A DNA stretch of 36,497 nt from Macrostomum lignano (taxonomy: Eukaryota): positions 1 through 36,497 of the forward strand of contig NIVC01004738.1 of the NCBI GenBank assembly GCA_002269645.1, read 5' to 3'. Shown here one piece after another: positions 13,922 through 25,348 of this stretch; the first letter of the stretch is position 1, and each line of letters opens with the position of its first letter. The notes beneath the pieces are model-generated. The model was not told the DNA's origin, did not search any database, and was given only the letters and a program-made list of their open reading frames with translations. The position numbers and the translations under genes were made by a program.

Positions 13922-16259
13922 CAGCAGCTGTGAAATCCTGAGGGAGGAGAGTCAGTAGCTGTGGAATCCTGAGGGTGGAGAGTCAGCAGCTGCGGAGAGT
14001 CAGCAGCTGTGGAATCCTGAGGGTGGAGGGTCAGCAGCTGTGGAATCCTGAGGGAGGAGAGTCAGCAGCTGCGGAATCCTGAGGGTGGAGAGTCAGCAGC
14101 TGCGGAATCCTGAGGGTGGAGAGTCAGCAGCTGCGGAATCCTGAGGGTGGAGAGTCAGCAGCTGTGGAATCCTAAGGGCGGAGGGTCAGCAGCTGTGGAA
14201 TCCTGAGGGTGGAGAGTCAGCAGCTGTGGAATCCTGAGGGTGGAGAGTCAGCAGCTGTGGAATCCTGAGGGTGGAGAGTCAGCAGCTGTGGAATCCTGAG
14301 GGTGGAGAGTCAGCAGCTGTGGAATCCTGAGGGCGGAGGGTCAGCAGCTGCGGAGAGTCAGTAGCTGTGGAATCCTGAGGGTGGAGAGTCAGCAGCTGTG
14401 GAATCCTGAGGGCGGAGGGTCAGCAGCTACGGAGAGTCAGTAGCTGTGGAATCCTGAGGGTGGAGAGTCAGCAGCTGTGGAATCCTGAGGGTGGAGGGTC
14501 AGCAGCTGTGGAATCCTGAGGGTGGAGAGTCAGCAGCTGTGGAATCCTGAGGGTGGAGAGTCAGCAGCTGCGGAATCCTGAGGGTGGAGAGTCAGCAGCT
14601 GTGGAATCCTGAGGGCGGAGGGTCAGCAGCTACGGAGAGTCAGTAGCTGTGGAATCCTGAGGGTGGAGAGTCAGCAGCTGTGGAATCCTGAGGGTGGAGG
14701 GTCAGCAGCTGTGGAATCCTGAGGGTGGAGAGTCAGCAGCTGTGGAATCCTGAGGGTGGAGAGTCAGCAGCTGCGGAATCCTGAGGGTGGAGAGTCAGCA
14801 GCTGTGGAATCCTGAGGGTGGAGGGTCAGCAGCTGTGGAATCCTGAGGGTGGAGAGCCACCAGCTGTGGAATCCTGAGGGTGGAGAGTCAGCAGCTGTGG
14901 AATCCTGAGGGTGGAGAGTCAGCAGCTGTGGAATCCTGAGGGTGGAGAGTCAGCAGCTGTGGAATCCTGAGGGTGGAGAGTCAGCAGCTGTGGAATCCTG
15001 AGGGCGGAGGGTCAGCAGCTGCGGAGAGTCAGTAGCTGTGGAATCCTGAGGGTGGAGAGTCAGCAGCTGTGGAATCCTGAGGGTGGAGAGTCAGCAGCTG
15101 TGGAATCCTGAGGGCGGAGGGTCAGCAGCTGCGGAGAGTCAGTAGCTGTGGAATCCTGAGGGCGGAGGGTCAGCAGCTACGGAGAGTCAGTAGCTGTGGA
15201 ATCCTGAGGGCGGAGGGTCAGCAGCTGCGGAATCCTGAGGGTGGAGAGTCAGCAGCTGCGGAATCCTGAGGGTGGAGAGTCAGCAGCTGCGGAATCCTGA
15301 GGGTGGAGAGTCAGCAGCTGTGGAATCCTGAGGGTGGAGAGTCAGCAGCTGTGGAATCCTGAGGGTGGAGAGTCAGCAGCTGTGGAATCCTGAGGGTGGA
15401 GAGTCAGCAGCTGTGGAATCCTGAGGGTGGAGAGTCAGCAGCTGTGGAATCCTGAGGGCGGAGGGTCAGCAGCTGCGGAGAGTCAGTAGCTGTGGAATCC
15501 TGAGGGTGGAGAGTCAGCAGCTGTGGAATCCTGAGGGCGGAGGGTCAGCAGCTACGGAGAGTCAGTAGCTGTGGAATCCTGAGGGTGGAGAGTCAGCAGC
15601 TGTGGAATCCTGAGGGTGGAGGGTCAGCAGCTGTGGAATCCTGAGGGCGGAGGGTCAGCAGCTACGGAGAGTCAGTAGCTGTGGAATCCTGAGGGTGGAG
15701 AGTCAGCAGCTGTGGAATCCTGAGGGCGGAGGGTCAGCAGCTACGGAGAGTCAGTAGCTGTGGAATCCTGAGGGTGGAGAGTCAGCAGCTGTGGAATCCT
15801 GAGGGCGGAGGGTCAGCAGCTGCGGAGAGTCAGTAGCTGTGGAATCCTGAGGGTGGAGAGTCAGCAGCTGTGGAATCCTGAGGGTGGAGAGTCAGCAGCT
15901 GCGGAATCCTGAGGGTGGAGAGTCAGCAGCTGTGGAATCCTGAGGGTGGAGAGTCAGCAGCTGTGGAATCCTGAGGGTGGAGAGCCACCAGCTGTGGAAT
16001 CCTGAGGGTGGAGAGTCAGCAGCTGTGGAATCCTGAGGGTGGAGAGTCAGCAGCTGTGGAATCCTGAGGGTGGAGAGTCAGCAGCTGTGGAATCCTGAGG
16101 GTGGAGAGTCAGCAGCTGTGGAATCCTGAGGGCGGAGGGTCAGCAGCTGCGGAGAGTCAGTAGCTGTGGAATCCTGAGGGGGGAGAGTCAGCAGCTGTGG
16201 AATCCTGAGGGTGGAGAGTCAGCAGCTGTGGAGAGTCAGCAGCTGTGGAATCCTGAGGG
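13922..16259 (+). repeat. 31-bp satellite (CAGCTGTGGAATCCTGAGGGTGGAGAGTCAG), roughly 70 units with interspersed 17-bp partial units, immediately 5' of the PAK ATG
   Basis: Period of 31 (14221, 14252); recurrent variants GCGG/GTGG and CAGCTGCGGAGAGTCAGTAG. Confidence 0.97.
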
Positions 16260-17302
16260 CATGTGAAAGCCTGTGAAAGCGACCCACAAGGGGGGACTCA
16301 GGGTTGAATGATTAGGCTAAAGGATCTCAGTAATCCCTTATGCGTTTATTATTTCAAATTTCCCACTCAATCTCACCGTGTTTGAGCAGCCGCACAGCAT
16401 TGCACGTGCACGAATAGATATCAGTTTTTTTGATTACTTAGAACTATTTTTACCCAATTTCTGTCACTCTATAGGAACAAAATTCAGGTCAGGATTGCTT
16501 AGTATTAATAAGATTCATAGCCACGACTCTGCCGTCATAGGAAACAGGAAATCAGTCAATATAGTAACTGTGAAAACTAGCCAAATAGTAAACTCTCTCT
16601 CTGTGTCCATAGAATTCGGCCATGCGCACTTCCTATCCAATGTCAATGCAAATGCAAAGTGCTAACCTGCAGTCGGAAATTAATTAATACAATGATCACA
16701 CCCTTTAAGATTTCCTGTGCTTTAATCATTAATAGGCCAGGGAAAATTAAATTTTTATCACAAAACTTTTGCTCAATACTACTTGAAGTGTCATGAAACG
16801 TCAACTTTAGTTTTGGCATCTGGAATTTTGATTCCCAGATGCCAAAATAAAACTTCATTGGACCAAATAGACTCAGCAATACAAAAGGTAGGGTAGAGAT
16901 ATTGCTATTTTATATGACAGTTATAGAAAAAATGTGTGCTGCATCAACCTTTAATAGAAATTGCAATTATTACTTTCATTGCTACATTGTCAATTGTCAA
17001 AAACATAAACAAAGCAATTCAAATGCTATTTTTAGGCTCTGGAGCACTAGCTAAAAGCAATTGATATACAAAATCAATCTAGTTATATAGGCATGCAGTC
17101 TACAGTTTATAGTCCATACATGCGCAACTGCTGGCCGAGCTGGCCGATCCGGCCACCGTAAATTGTGGTGGACCAGGGTAAGTCGCAAAATTGAGTTGAC
17201 CAAAAACGAAAAAATGCAAGAGGAAAGAGCAATATAGGGAAGTAAAATGGTGAAGCAAAAGAAAAACAAGTTGCAGCAGAAGCAAATTAAGTTGCACAAA
17301 TG

Positions 17303-18018
17303 ATTAGGTAAGTCGCAAAAGGAGCAACTAAGTTGCAAAAAGGATTCGGTCAAGTCGCAAAAAGGATTAGGTAAGTCGCAAAAGGATTAGGTAAGTCGCA
17401 AAAGGGTTAGGTAAGTCGCAAAAAGGATTAGGTAAGTCGCAAAAGGATTAGGTAAGTCGCAAAATGAGCAACTAAGTCGCAAAAAGGATTAGGTCAAGTC
17501 GCAAAAAGATTAGGTAAGTCGCAAAAAGGATTAGGTAAGTCGCAAAAGGATTAGGTAAGTCGCAAAAAGGATTAGGTAAGTCGCAAAAGGATTAGGTAAG
17601 TCGCAAAAGGAGCAACTAAGTCGCAAAAAGGATTAGGTCAAGTCGCAAAAAGGATTAGGTAAGTCGCAAAAGGATTAGGTAAGTCGCAAAAGGGTTAGGT
17701 AAGTCGCAAAAGGAGCAACTAAGTCGCAAAAAGGATTAGGTCAAGTCGCAAAAAGATTAGGTAAGTCGCAAAAAGGATTAGGTAAGTCGCAAAAGGGTTA
17801 GGTAAGTCGCAAAAGGAGCAACTAAGTTGCAAAAAGGATTAGGTAAGTCGCAAAAGGAGCAACTAAGTCGCAAAAAGGATTAGGTCAAGTCGCAAAAGGA
17901 TTAGGTAAGTCGCAAAAAGGATTGGGTAAGTCGCAAAAAGGATTAGATAAGTCGCAAAAAGGATTAGGTAAGTCGCAAAAGGAGCAACTAAGTCGCAATA
18001 AGAGGGAAGTAAGTCGCA
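17303..18018 (+). repeat. 20-22 bp tandem array (TAAGTCGCAAAAAGGATTAGG), about 33 copies, inside the hAT element
   Basis: The unit contains the TAAGTCGCA motif also found singly near the element's right end (19473-19504). Confidence 0.93.
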
Positions 18019-18244
18019 ATCAGAGGCGATCAAGGGGTAGTAGGTGCAAGTGTGGCAGGAGAGCAAAAAAAACAGAATAGAAGCCTTCAACCATAGACAA
18101 GATCTTTGAAATCAGCAGCCTATGTCAACAGTTTCCCATTGATTTCTTTAACTCCGGAGCAGGGGTCGGCAAAGTCCAGCTCGCGAAGCCCCTCTATCTG
18201 GCCCTCGCCCCTCGGGTTCTTTGAAACTTTCTAACTAGCAAGGT

Positions 18245-18955
18245 TAGTGTCTCTTCAACTCTCATCTCTCTCTTCTTCTCTACCTTGCCTCCCCTCTTCT
18301 CTCTCTCTCCCTTTTCCCTCTTCTCTCTCCTTTCATTTTTACTCTCCTCTCTTCTCCCCTCTCCTTTCTCCCCTTTCTCTCTACCCTTTCTCCTCAATGC
18401 CCTCTTCTCTCCTCTTATCTTCAGCAAAAATGTGTGCATATTTTCTTAGTTCAAAGTAGAGGGAATAGAAGATTAGAGATAAGCAAACAGAGGAGAGGCG
18501 AGCGATGCAATGGGAGAAAAGATAGAAGATGAGAGAAAAGCTGAGGGAGGAGAGAGATGAGAGAGATGAGAGGAAAGAGGAAAGATATGATGATGGATGA
18601 GATCAGAAAAGAGAGGAAAGAGGAAAGAGGAGAGAAGAAAGGAGATAAGAGAGTAGACGAGAGAAGAGAGGATAAGGAGGAGATAAGAGGAGAGTGAAGA
18701 GAGGAGAGATAAGAGAGTAGAGAAGAGAGGAGAGATGAGATGAGAGAGTTGAGTGGAGAGAGACGAGAGGAGAGATAAGATGAGAGAGTAGAGTGAAGTG
18801 GAGAGAGACGAGAGGAGAGATAAGAATGTAGACAGGAGACAGAAGAGATAAGAGAGGAGGAAAGAGAGGAGAGAGGAGAGGAAGGAGAGAAGGGATGAGG
18901 GATGAGAGAGAAAAGAAAAAGAGGATGAGAAGATTGAGGAAAGGAGAGAATTTGC
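18245..18955. repeat. Polypyrimidine tract (18245-18420) followed by a polypurine GA tract (18470-18955)
   Basis: Low-complexity CT-rich then GA-rich sequence read directly. Confidence 0.9.
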
Positions 18956-19377
18956 AAAGGCCTCAAATCTTAATTTAACATGCATTTACTCCCATCCTTG
19001 TTTGCCTTTTTCCTAACTGTTAACAAGTTTTTGTTTGAGCATGACTTCAAATTTAAGAATCTATGCAAAATAGTTCCGGGAATTGGAATTCAGTGGTTTC
19101 AAAATCTGTGGGTTTTCACAGCTTGTATCTCTACTGGATTTGTATTCTGCATCTGATGAGCCATCTGAATCAGGGCTCTCATCTTCCATGCCAAATCGTC
19201 TAGCAAGTGAAATTATTCTTGAGCTATAGGCCACACTGTATTCACTTCACTTACTTCTAGACATTCATGAATCATGACTTTTGTCTTTACATGTCTTTAC
19301 TCATTGTCATCATTACTAATTGCCTCAGGCCGCCACTATGATATACTGATTAGCTGTAATAAAAACCGCGAAATCTG

Positions 19378-19442
19378 CACTAATTAGCTGGCGAGGCATT
19401 TAGCCTTTAAAATATGGTCATAGTTACTCCTGCCGTTTACCC
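19378..19442 (-). pseudogene. 28S rRNA-derived fragment (helix 69-71 / R2 target region), copy 1
   Basis: Ungapped 52/65 match to the conserved eukaryotic LSU sequence GGGTAAACGGCGGGAGTAACTATGACTCTCTTAAGGTAGCCAAATGCCTCGTCATCTAATTAGTG (reference recalled from memory, compared by hand). Confidence 0.9.
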
Positions 19443-19798
19443 ACAATTCTTTGTTTAGCTTTCTTACATAGGTAAGTCGCATTTTTGATCGAAAACTAAG
19501 TCGCACGGCCAGCGTAATTTCAGAAGTTGCGCATGTATGTTATAGTCAATGAGTCTACAATGAAGTTATACTTCTTTCTAGATATTTTCTAGATGTTTGG
19601 CAATAAAAAACAATCATCAGTATAGTTTATATGCTCTGCTATATGTTTAGTTCTTTTAGAATTCATAAGCAGCTATGTGAAAAATATAGAATTAAAAGTT
19701 TGAAACAGATTGCATTTTGCAACTTTGTTTTATCTATTATAGTTCAAAAGTCTTTAAATTTCAAAAACATGATAGGACCCTATTGTGGAATGACCCAT

Positions 19799-20089
19799 CA
19801 TATGCCCAAAACCTGTCCAACCTGTCCAAACTGGATGGATGAAATGGCTGCTGGCCATGAAAAATGAAAAATTGGGGGAAGAAAAAAAGGAGAGGGAGAG
19901 AAAAGGAAAAGAAAGGAGGGAGAAGAGAGAGGGAAAAGAGGAGAGAGAAAGAGAAGAAAAGAAAAGAGAAAAAGGCAAGAACAGTCATATACAAAGTGAA
20001 AATTAAGTCACAATTGGGAGGAACTAAGTTGCAAATCTGGACAAAACTAAGTTGCACTGGATGGGTGAAATTTTGATGTTGGGCATATA
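19799..20089 (+). mobile_element. hAT-type MITE (TIR YATATGCCCAA), GA-rich interior
   Basis: TIRs at 19799-19809 and 20079-20089; 8-bp TSD TGACCCAT at 19791-19798 and 20090-20097; AACTAAGTTGCA subterminal motifs related to family 1. Confidence 0.85.
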
Positions 20090-20109
20090 TGACCCATCAT
20101 AGATATATA

Positions 20110-22595
20110 TTCAAAAAATGAACTTTTTTTTACCTTTTTTTTCTATTTCACAATAATTCTTTTGCATGATTCTATAAAGCGCATGCCAGGTGTATTTTCT
20201 TAGGAGTGATGCATGCAACTGTGCATGCCTACTTTTGGCATGCAAGGCCAATGCACGCCTGAATTTTTGGGCATATACTATATGATCTAGAATGTGGTCC
20301 AACATATATATCACAAGTAAAATAGTTTTTCTGATATAAACTTAAATTTATGATATTAGGGATCACTTTCTTAGCATACTCTGTAACAGATTTTATAGTC
20401 TGGATGCATGCCCATATTCTCAAGTCTAGGCCAGTATTTAAAAAATAATTGACTTTTTTGCCTTGCAACAAAAAACCTTTTTGCACTGCATAAAAACTTT
20501 TTTGGCTAATAATTTGGTTAATTATGTATTTTTTGCCTTATGCTATTTGGTGTTAAATTGGGTCGGAGCGGTTGCTACCTGCGGATCAGCCCTGGGAGGG
20601 GCTTTGCCGCAATGGGCACTTCCAGGGGCCTAAGCCCGAGATACCCACTAAACTTAGTTAGACCCTAACGTCTTGGCTAGGGATGGGTGTGAACCACTAC
20701 TAACCCAAGCCTATGGACTAAGGAACTGCCAACCCAAAGTGGAATCAGGGATGGTGCTAAGACCGAGTCCACCTAGACCACCACCCAGTAGACAAGTCCT
20801 CGGGAGTGCGCGCAAAAAATGTTTGAAAAAATGCTTAGATTGCTACTAAGTGTGGTCCGAGAGCGGGGAAACCCCAGAAGTCTACAGAAAAGCAAAGGTT
20901 TGGAACTTAGGAGTTTGGCTGGAAGGCTTGTTTCCAAGGGCGAGTCTTCTATCAAGAGGTAAAAGTGCATAAACCCTCCTATAGGGCTGCAAGCCACAAG
21001 GGTATCACCTATCCAGCTTTAGATTGGAGGCCAGGCCAAGGGGTTGGGAAGGGGCACAAGGCGCAAGAGGACCCAGACTTAGCCAGTATCCCCAATTTGG
21101 GACGAACTTCCTACCCAGGACTCCAGTCCACTGTCAGGATGAGAGCCAAGACACAAGGGCAGGGAAACAGCCAGAGGAGCCAGCAGTGGACCAAGGTCAG
21201 AGCAAGATAGACCGGGCAGGGAGGGCAGAGCTCAAAACTCCAGGTTAGAGTGGCACTAAGCTGGTTAGTAGGTAGGCACTACCCAGTACGTACATTAAAG
21301 GGAATAAAAACAATAAAAACAATGGGAGAAGCCCCTGAACCCTATTAGCAGGTGGGGGTGAACCTGCAACCCGGGGCTCAGCCTCAGGACTGGCATGCTA
21401 CTAGGCTCTACCGTACACCTTTGTGAATGGTACTTCTTTCTTGCAGGGTGACTGGGGGGCTCAAGTCCCATTCTAGCCACACTGTAGTCCAGAGTACACA
21501 CTCACGCCAGGTACACCCCCCTAAACCAAGGCCGAGGGCCAAAAAACTAATTAGAATGAAAAAAAGTTTATTTTTAAAATAGGCACAGCCCCTCTAGGGT
21601 GGACCCTTAGTAATTGGGCTAGCAAGAGCCAGACTCAATCCAATTGCGCACAACCGTTAGACAGGCTACCAGAGAGTCAGTCAGGGTAAAAATAGTCAGA
21701 GACCGTCCTTTTATAGCAGAAAATTTATTAGCACAGTTTTTTAAATGCCTTATTAGGTTTAGGATCTTAAAAACTAGAAAACTTAAAATTTATATTATTA
21801 AAAATGAACTTTCTAATCTTTTTTCTTCTTAATATTAACTCTTCCACATGATTCTATAAAAAGGCATACCAGGTCAGTCAAGGTATATATGTGAATCTAT
21901 TTTCTTAGGAATAATATATACCAATTGTATATACCAAATTTTTGGGCATATACCATAGTTTGGATCATACTGGGTACATGCCCAAACAAAAATTAAAAAA
22001 TTACAAATGCATGCCAAAAATTTAGTGCATGCCCATTCTTAAAAATATGCTGGTGTTGCAACAATAAATGACCTTTTTAAACTGCATAATAGACATTTTT
22101 TAGCAATTATTTTGGTTGATTTTTTTGTTTTTTTTCAGCAATACTAAGTGTTGTGTGTTGATGGCTTTGCCATAGACATTTTTGTTACGACTGCGTTGAT
22201 GAATTGAACCATGAAATTGAGTTATGAAATAAATGATAGACGCGTCAGAGGTCAACAGACCACTAGACTGACAATTGCTAAAGGCTAAAGCCAAAAAGTA
22301 CAACACTAAGCCCTATTTGCAAAAAAAATTGATACATGCAAAAATTTGTATAAATGCTTTTTACAAGCTTAAAAAACTAGAAAGCTTGAAATTTATGCTT
22401 AAAAATAAACTTTTTTCATCTCTTTTCTACTTCATAATAACTCTTATATGTGATTCTATAAAATGCATACCAGGTATGTATGCATACTATTTTCACTGGA
22501 GTGATGCACACCAATTGTGCATGCCTACTTTTGGCATGCAAGGCCAATGCATGCCCAAATTTTTGGGCATATACTACATGATCCAGAGTATGGGA
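20110..22595 (-). repeat. Three dispersed, degenerate copies (about 20110-20510, 21830-22090, 22410-22595) of a GGCATAC-motif element related to the 23337-25441 transposon in inverted orientation
   Basis: Shared blocks such as GATTCTATAAA..GCATRCCAGGT and TTTTTGGGCATATAC; AAATGACCTTTTT near 22070 is the reverse complement of sequence near 23455. Confidence 0.65.
20560..21700 (-). mobile_element. GC-rich, CpG-depleted probable retroelement relic
   Basis: Composition differs sharply from the flanks. Only a weak LP..GGLGGLGLS motif (non-LTR RT C-terminus-like) is readable, near 20750-20830. Confidence 0.3.
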
Positions 22596-23109
22596 TAGGG
22601 GTTGCAATCCTGGGATCCTAGGATTTAGACATTTTTTGGGATTATAGGATCCTAGGATTAGAAGTCAGGATTATGTTGGGATTTGGGTTTAAAAATTAAT
22701 ATGTGAAAAATAGAAACTAAGTTATTGAAATAGTAAAAAGCAAGGTATTATGATTAATTTATGATGATATAGTACATGTACATGTGCACTATGCTGTGCA
22801 CTGTATAGTATGCAGTCCAGAAAGATAGCAGGGATAGATAAACTCTAACTTAGAGGCAGCACTAGCAGGCAGACCTTGGCTCCTAGGACAGGGAAAGAAA
22901 TAAAACTTGCTAAGATAAGATAGGCTGGGATAAGGTCTGGGCTCTGGGTATATGATTGGGTTTGGCTAGGTAACCCAAGAGGGGAATGAGAGCTTTGTGT
23001 ATTTATGTACACTGTAGTGTATATACACTTTATTGACTTTAACAATCTGCTCTGCCTCTGCATGAGGTGGTGGGTACAGGGAGGCCTAGAAAGTAGATGG
23101 CTACAAGAT

Positions 23110-23207
23110 CGGTTATTTTTTTGGGTGGGCATTTTTGCAACTTCCTTGGTTGGCCGCCAGATTGGTCGGCCAGATCGGCCGACTTGGCCAACTGTTGCGC
23201 ATGTATG
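23110..23207 (-). mobile_element. Solo terminal fragment of hAT family 1 in reverse orientation
   Basis: Reverse complement of the left end of 23786-24078, including the TIR GTTGCGCATGTATG at 23194-23207; no partner TIR found. Confidence 0.8.
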
Positions 23208-23785
23208 TTAACCATGTAGAAAATAAAAGCAAAAAATAAAAACTGTTCATTGGATTGAATTTTATTTTTCTTGAGTTCCTTTATTCATTTTGTAATATTA
23301 GGCAAGAACAATTAGGAGCAATGAGCAAGCTAAATGCCAGTGTGCAGATCATGTACCCATGTACACCAGAAAAAATTTAGGCATCCAGGACTTTGTATGC
23401 CAGTGTACGCCAAAAACAAAAAGTTGCGCTAAAATATACACTAAGAATTCCTAAAAAAAGGTCATTTGGTTTTCATGAGTAGAGTTTTCTAAAAAAGGCT
23501 TTTGTATGAAAAGTGTTTTTAAAATATTATGAATATTTTCAATTTAAACAAACTTAAATTATACCTACAAAAAATATAATGCAAAATTAATACTCTTAAA
23601 AAAATTACACTAATTTTATTTATTATTATTTAAAAGAAGCGAAAACTTTATCACTGACGATAAAAATTTTCCTTTACTTTACGTAAAAATGTTAATTTAC
23701 ATTATAATTTTCATGCACAGCATGAATTTATTCACCAAAATTTGTACACCAAAAAAGTATGCGTGGCTATGTTACTTGTGTATGC

Positions 23786-24078
23786 CATACATGCGCAACA
23801 GTTGGCCGAGTCGGCCGATCCGGCCGACCGATTTGGCGGCCAACCAAGGAAGTCGCAAAAATGCCCACCCGAAAAAATACCTAAGTAGTAGTACTAAGTA
23901 GCTGACGAGGCAATTTGACTTAATAAGACAGTCATAGTTACTCCTGCCGTTTACCCAAAGTTGCGTTAATTTTGCATTACGTTTTTTTACATGTCGCATT
24001 TTTGGCCAAAAACTACGTCGCATTTTTGTTAAAACTAAGTCGCATGGCCGACCGAATTTTAGAGGTTGCGCATGTATG
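23786..24078 (+). mobile_element. 293-bp MITE of hAT family 1 (TIR CATACATGCGCAAC)
   Basis: Perfect 14-bp TIRs; 8-bp TSD GTGTATGC at 23778-23785 and 24079-24086. Confidence 0.93.
23892..23956 (-). pseudogene. 28S rRNA-derived fragment (helix 69-71 / R2 target region), copy 2
   Basis: 52/65 ungapped match to the conserved LSU segment. Confidence 0.88.
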
Positions 24079-24126
24079 GTGTATGCCAATAGTGTATGCC
24101 AACAAAGTGCGCTAGGGGTTGTGTAT

Positions 24127-25348
24127 TAGTGATGGATCCGAATATTCGGATTCGGAATCCGAATCCGAAAAAAAGTCTTACTTTTATAGGAATCCGAATG
24201 CTTCGGATTCGGAAATTTTTTTTCCGAATATTTCCGAATGTGCTTCTAAAATTGAAATCTAAAATAAATATTACAAATCAAGAAACCAAAGCATGCAACC
24301 CATTAAATAAAGAAACTAAAAACTAAAAAGAAAGAAAATTAAAAGGCAAAGAGCAAAATCTATCACGTTATTCTTTTTTTCTACGATTGTCTATTTTTGC
24401 AGCAATATATGTTTAAAAAAGTTAAATAAGTGAATTTACTAAACCTAGGGACCCGTAAGACAATAAACCTAAAGTTACGGAAATATTTAGGTAATTATTG
24501 TTTAAGTGTAATAACAGGTTTTTTCAAAATGCAAAATTGCAACTGCACGGGTCACATGGACTGTACGTACGTACGGTAAAATTATCATAATTGCACTGTA
24601 TATATATGTCACTCATTAGCTATAGTCAGTAGTACTAGAATTAGATGTTAATGTAACATGGTAGAAGTAGAACTGAATTTCCCATCTAAGTCCGTCTCTT
24701 TAAATTTGGTTTCGCGATAGATATCAGTAGAGGTCAGACAAGCAGAAGATTTTGGTCATGCGTGAATTTTTCAAAGTCAGGCATGATCGTGATTGTGAAT
24801 TTATATTAGCATACATGTATATTGAGCTCGTAAGTTACAAGTGTTGAAAATAACAAACAAGAAAAGAAATCATACTCGTATATTGATAATAGCTACTTGG
24901 CCGTAATGCTGTCAAGTCAACAAATTTAAAATTTATTAATTCTTTACACATGAATCGTGTTCACGTTTTTTGGTAAATCAAAGTTGAAAAGTTATGTTTC
25001 TAATAAAAACATAAGCAGAAATTCACAACCATTGGAACAGGTTTCAACAAAATCACTATCGTGAAAAAATGGTCCTGAATTCACGATTGTGATCACATCC
25101 GACCCATAAGATAAAAGTACGAGTACGAATATAAGCCCAGGAGAGATGGAATCTTGTCAGTCAATTTATGTGCGCACTAATTAGATGACGAGACATTTTC
25201 GTAAATTAAAAGAGTTGTAGTTACTCCCGCCGTTTACCTTACACTTTTTGCTTATATTCGGAAACATTCGGATTTGGATTCGGATTTTTTTTGTACATTC
25301 GGATTCGGTTTCGGAAACTTGCAAAAATCCACATTCGGTCCATCACTA
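24127..25348 (+). mobile_element. Non-autonomous hAT-type element, family 2 (TIR TAGTGATGGA; ATTCGG/CCGAAT subterminal repeats)
   Basis: TIRs at 24127-24136 and 25339-25348; 8-bp TSD TTGTGTAT at 24119-24126 and 25349-25356. Confidence 0.92.
25162..25239 (-). pseudogene. 28S rRNA-derived fragment (helix 69-71 / R2 target region), copy 3
   Basis: 55/65 ungapped match over 25175-25239; similarity extends about 13 nt further (CAATTTATGTGCG vs CCATTCATGCGCG). Confidence 0.92.

Larger units (their letters stand above)
17115..19539 (+). mobile_element. Non-autonomous hAT-type DNA transposon, family 1 (TIR CATACATGCGCAAC)
   Basis: Perfect 14-bp TIRs at 17115-17128 and 19526-19539; 8-bp TSD TTATAGTC at 17107-17114 and 19540-19547. 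Confidence 0.92.

Noticed and set aside
18160-18215. CAGGGGTCGGCAAAG as the end of another nested hAT MITE
   Set aside because: Typical hAT-like terminus, but no matching opposite TIR or TSD could be found.
18194-18985. Leu/Ser-rich or Glu/Arg/Lys-rich ORFs
   Set aside because: Translations of CT and GA low-complexity tracts inside a non-autonomous transposon.
21445-21482. tRNA 3'-half-like GGGGCTCAAGTCCC...CCA
   Set aside because: No D-arm, A box or pairing acceptor stem.
19378-25239. 28S matches as part of a real rDNA unit
   Set aside because: Only 65-78 bp each, 80-85% identical in a near-invariant region, and embedded in TIR/TSD-bounded elements.
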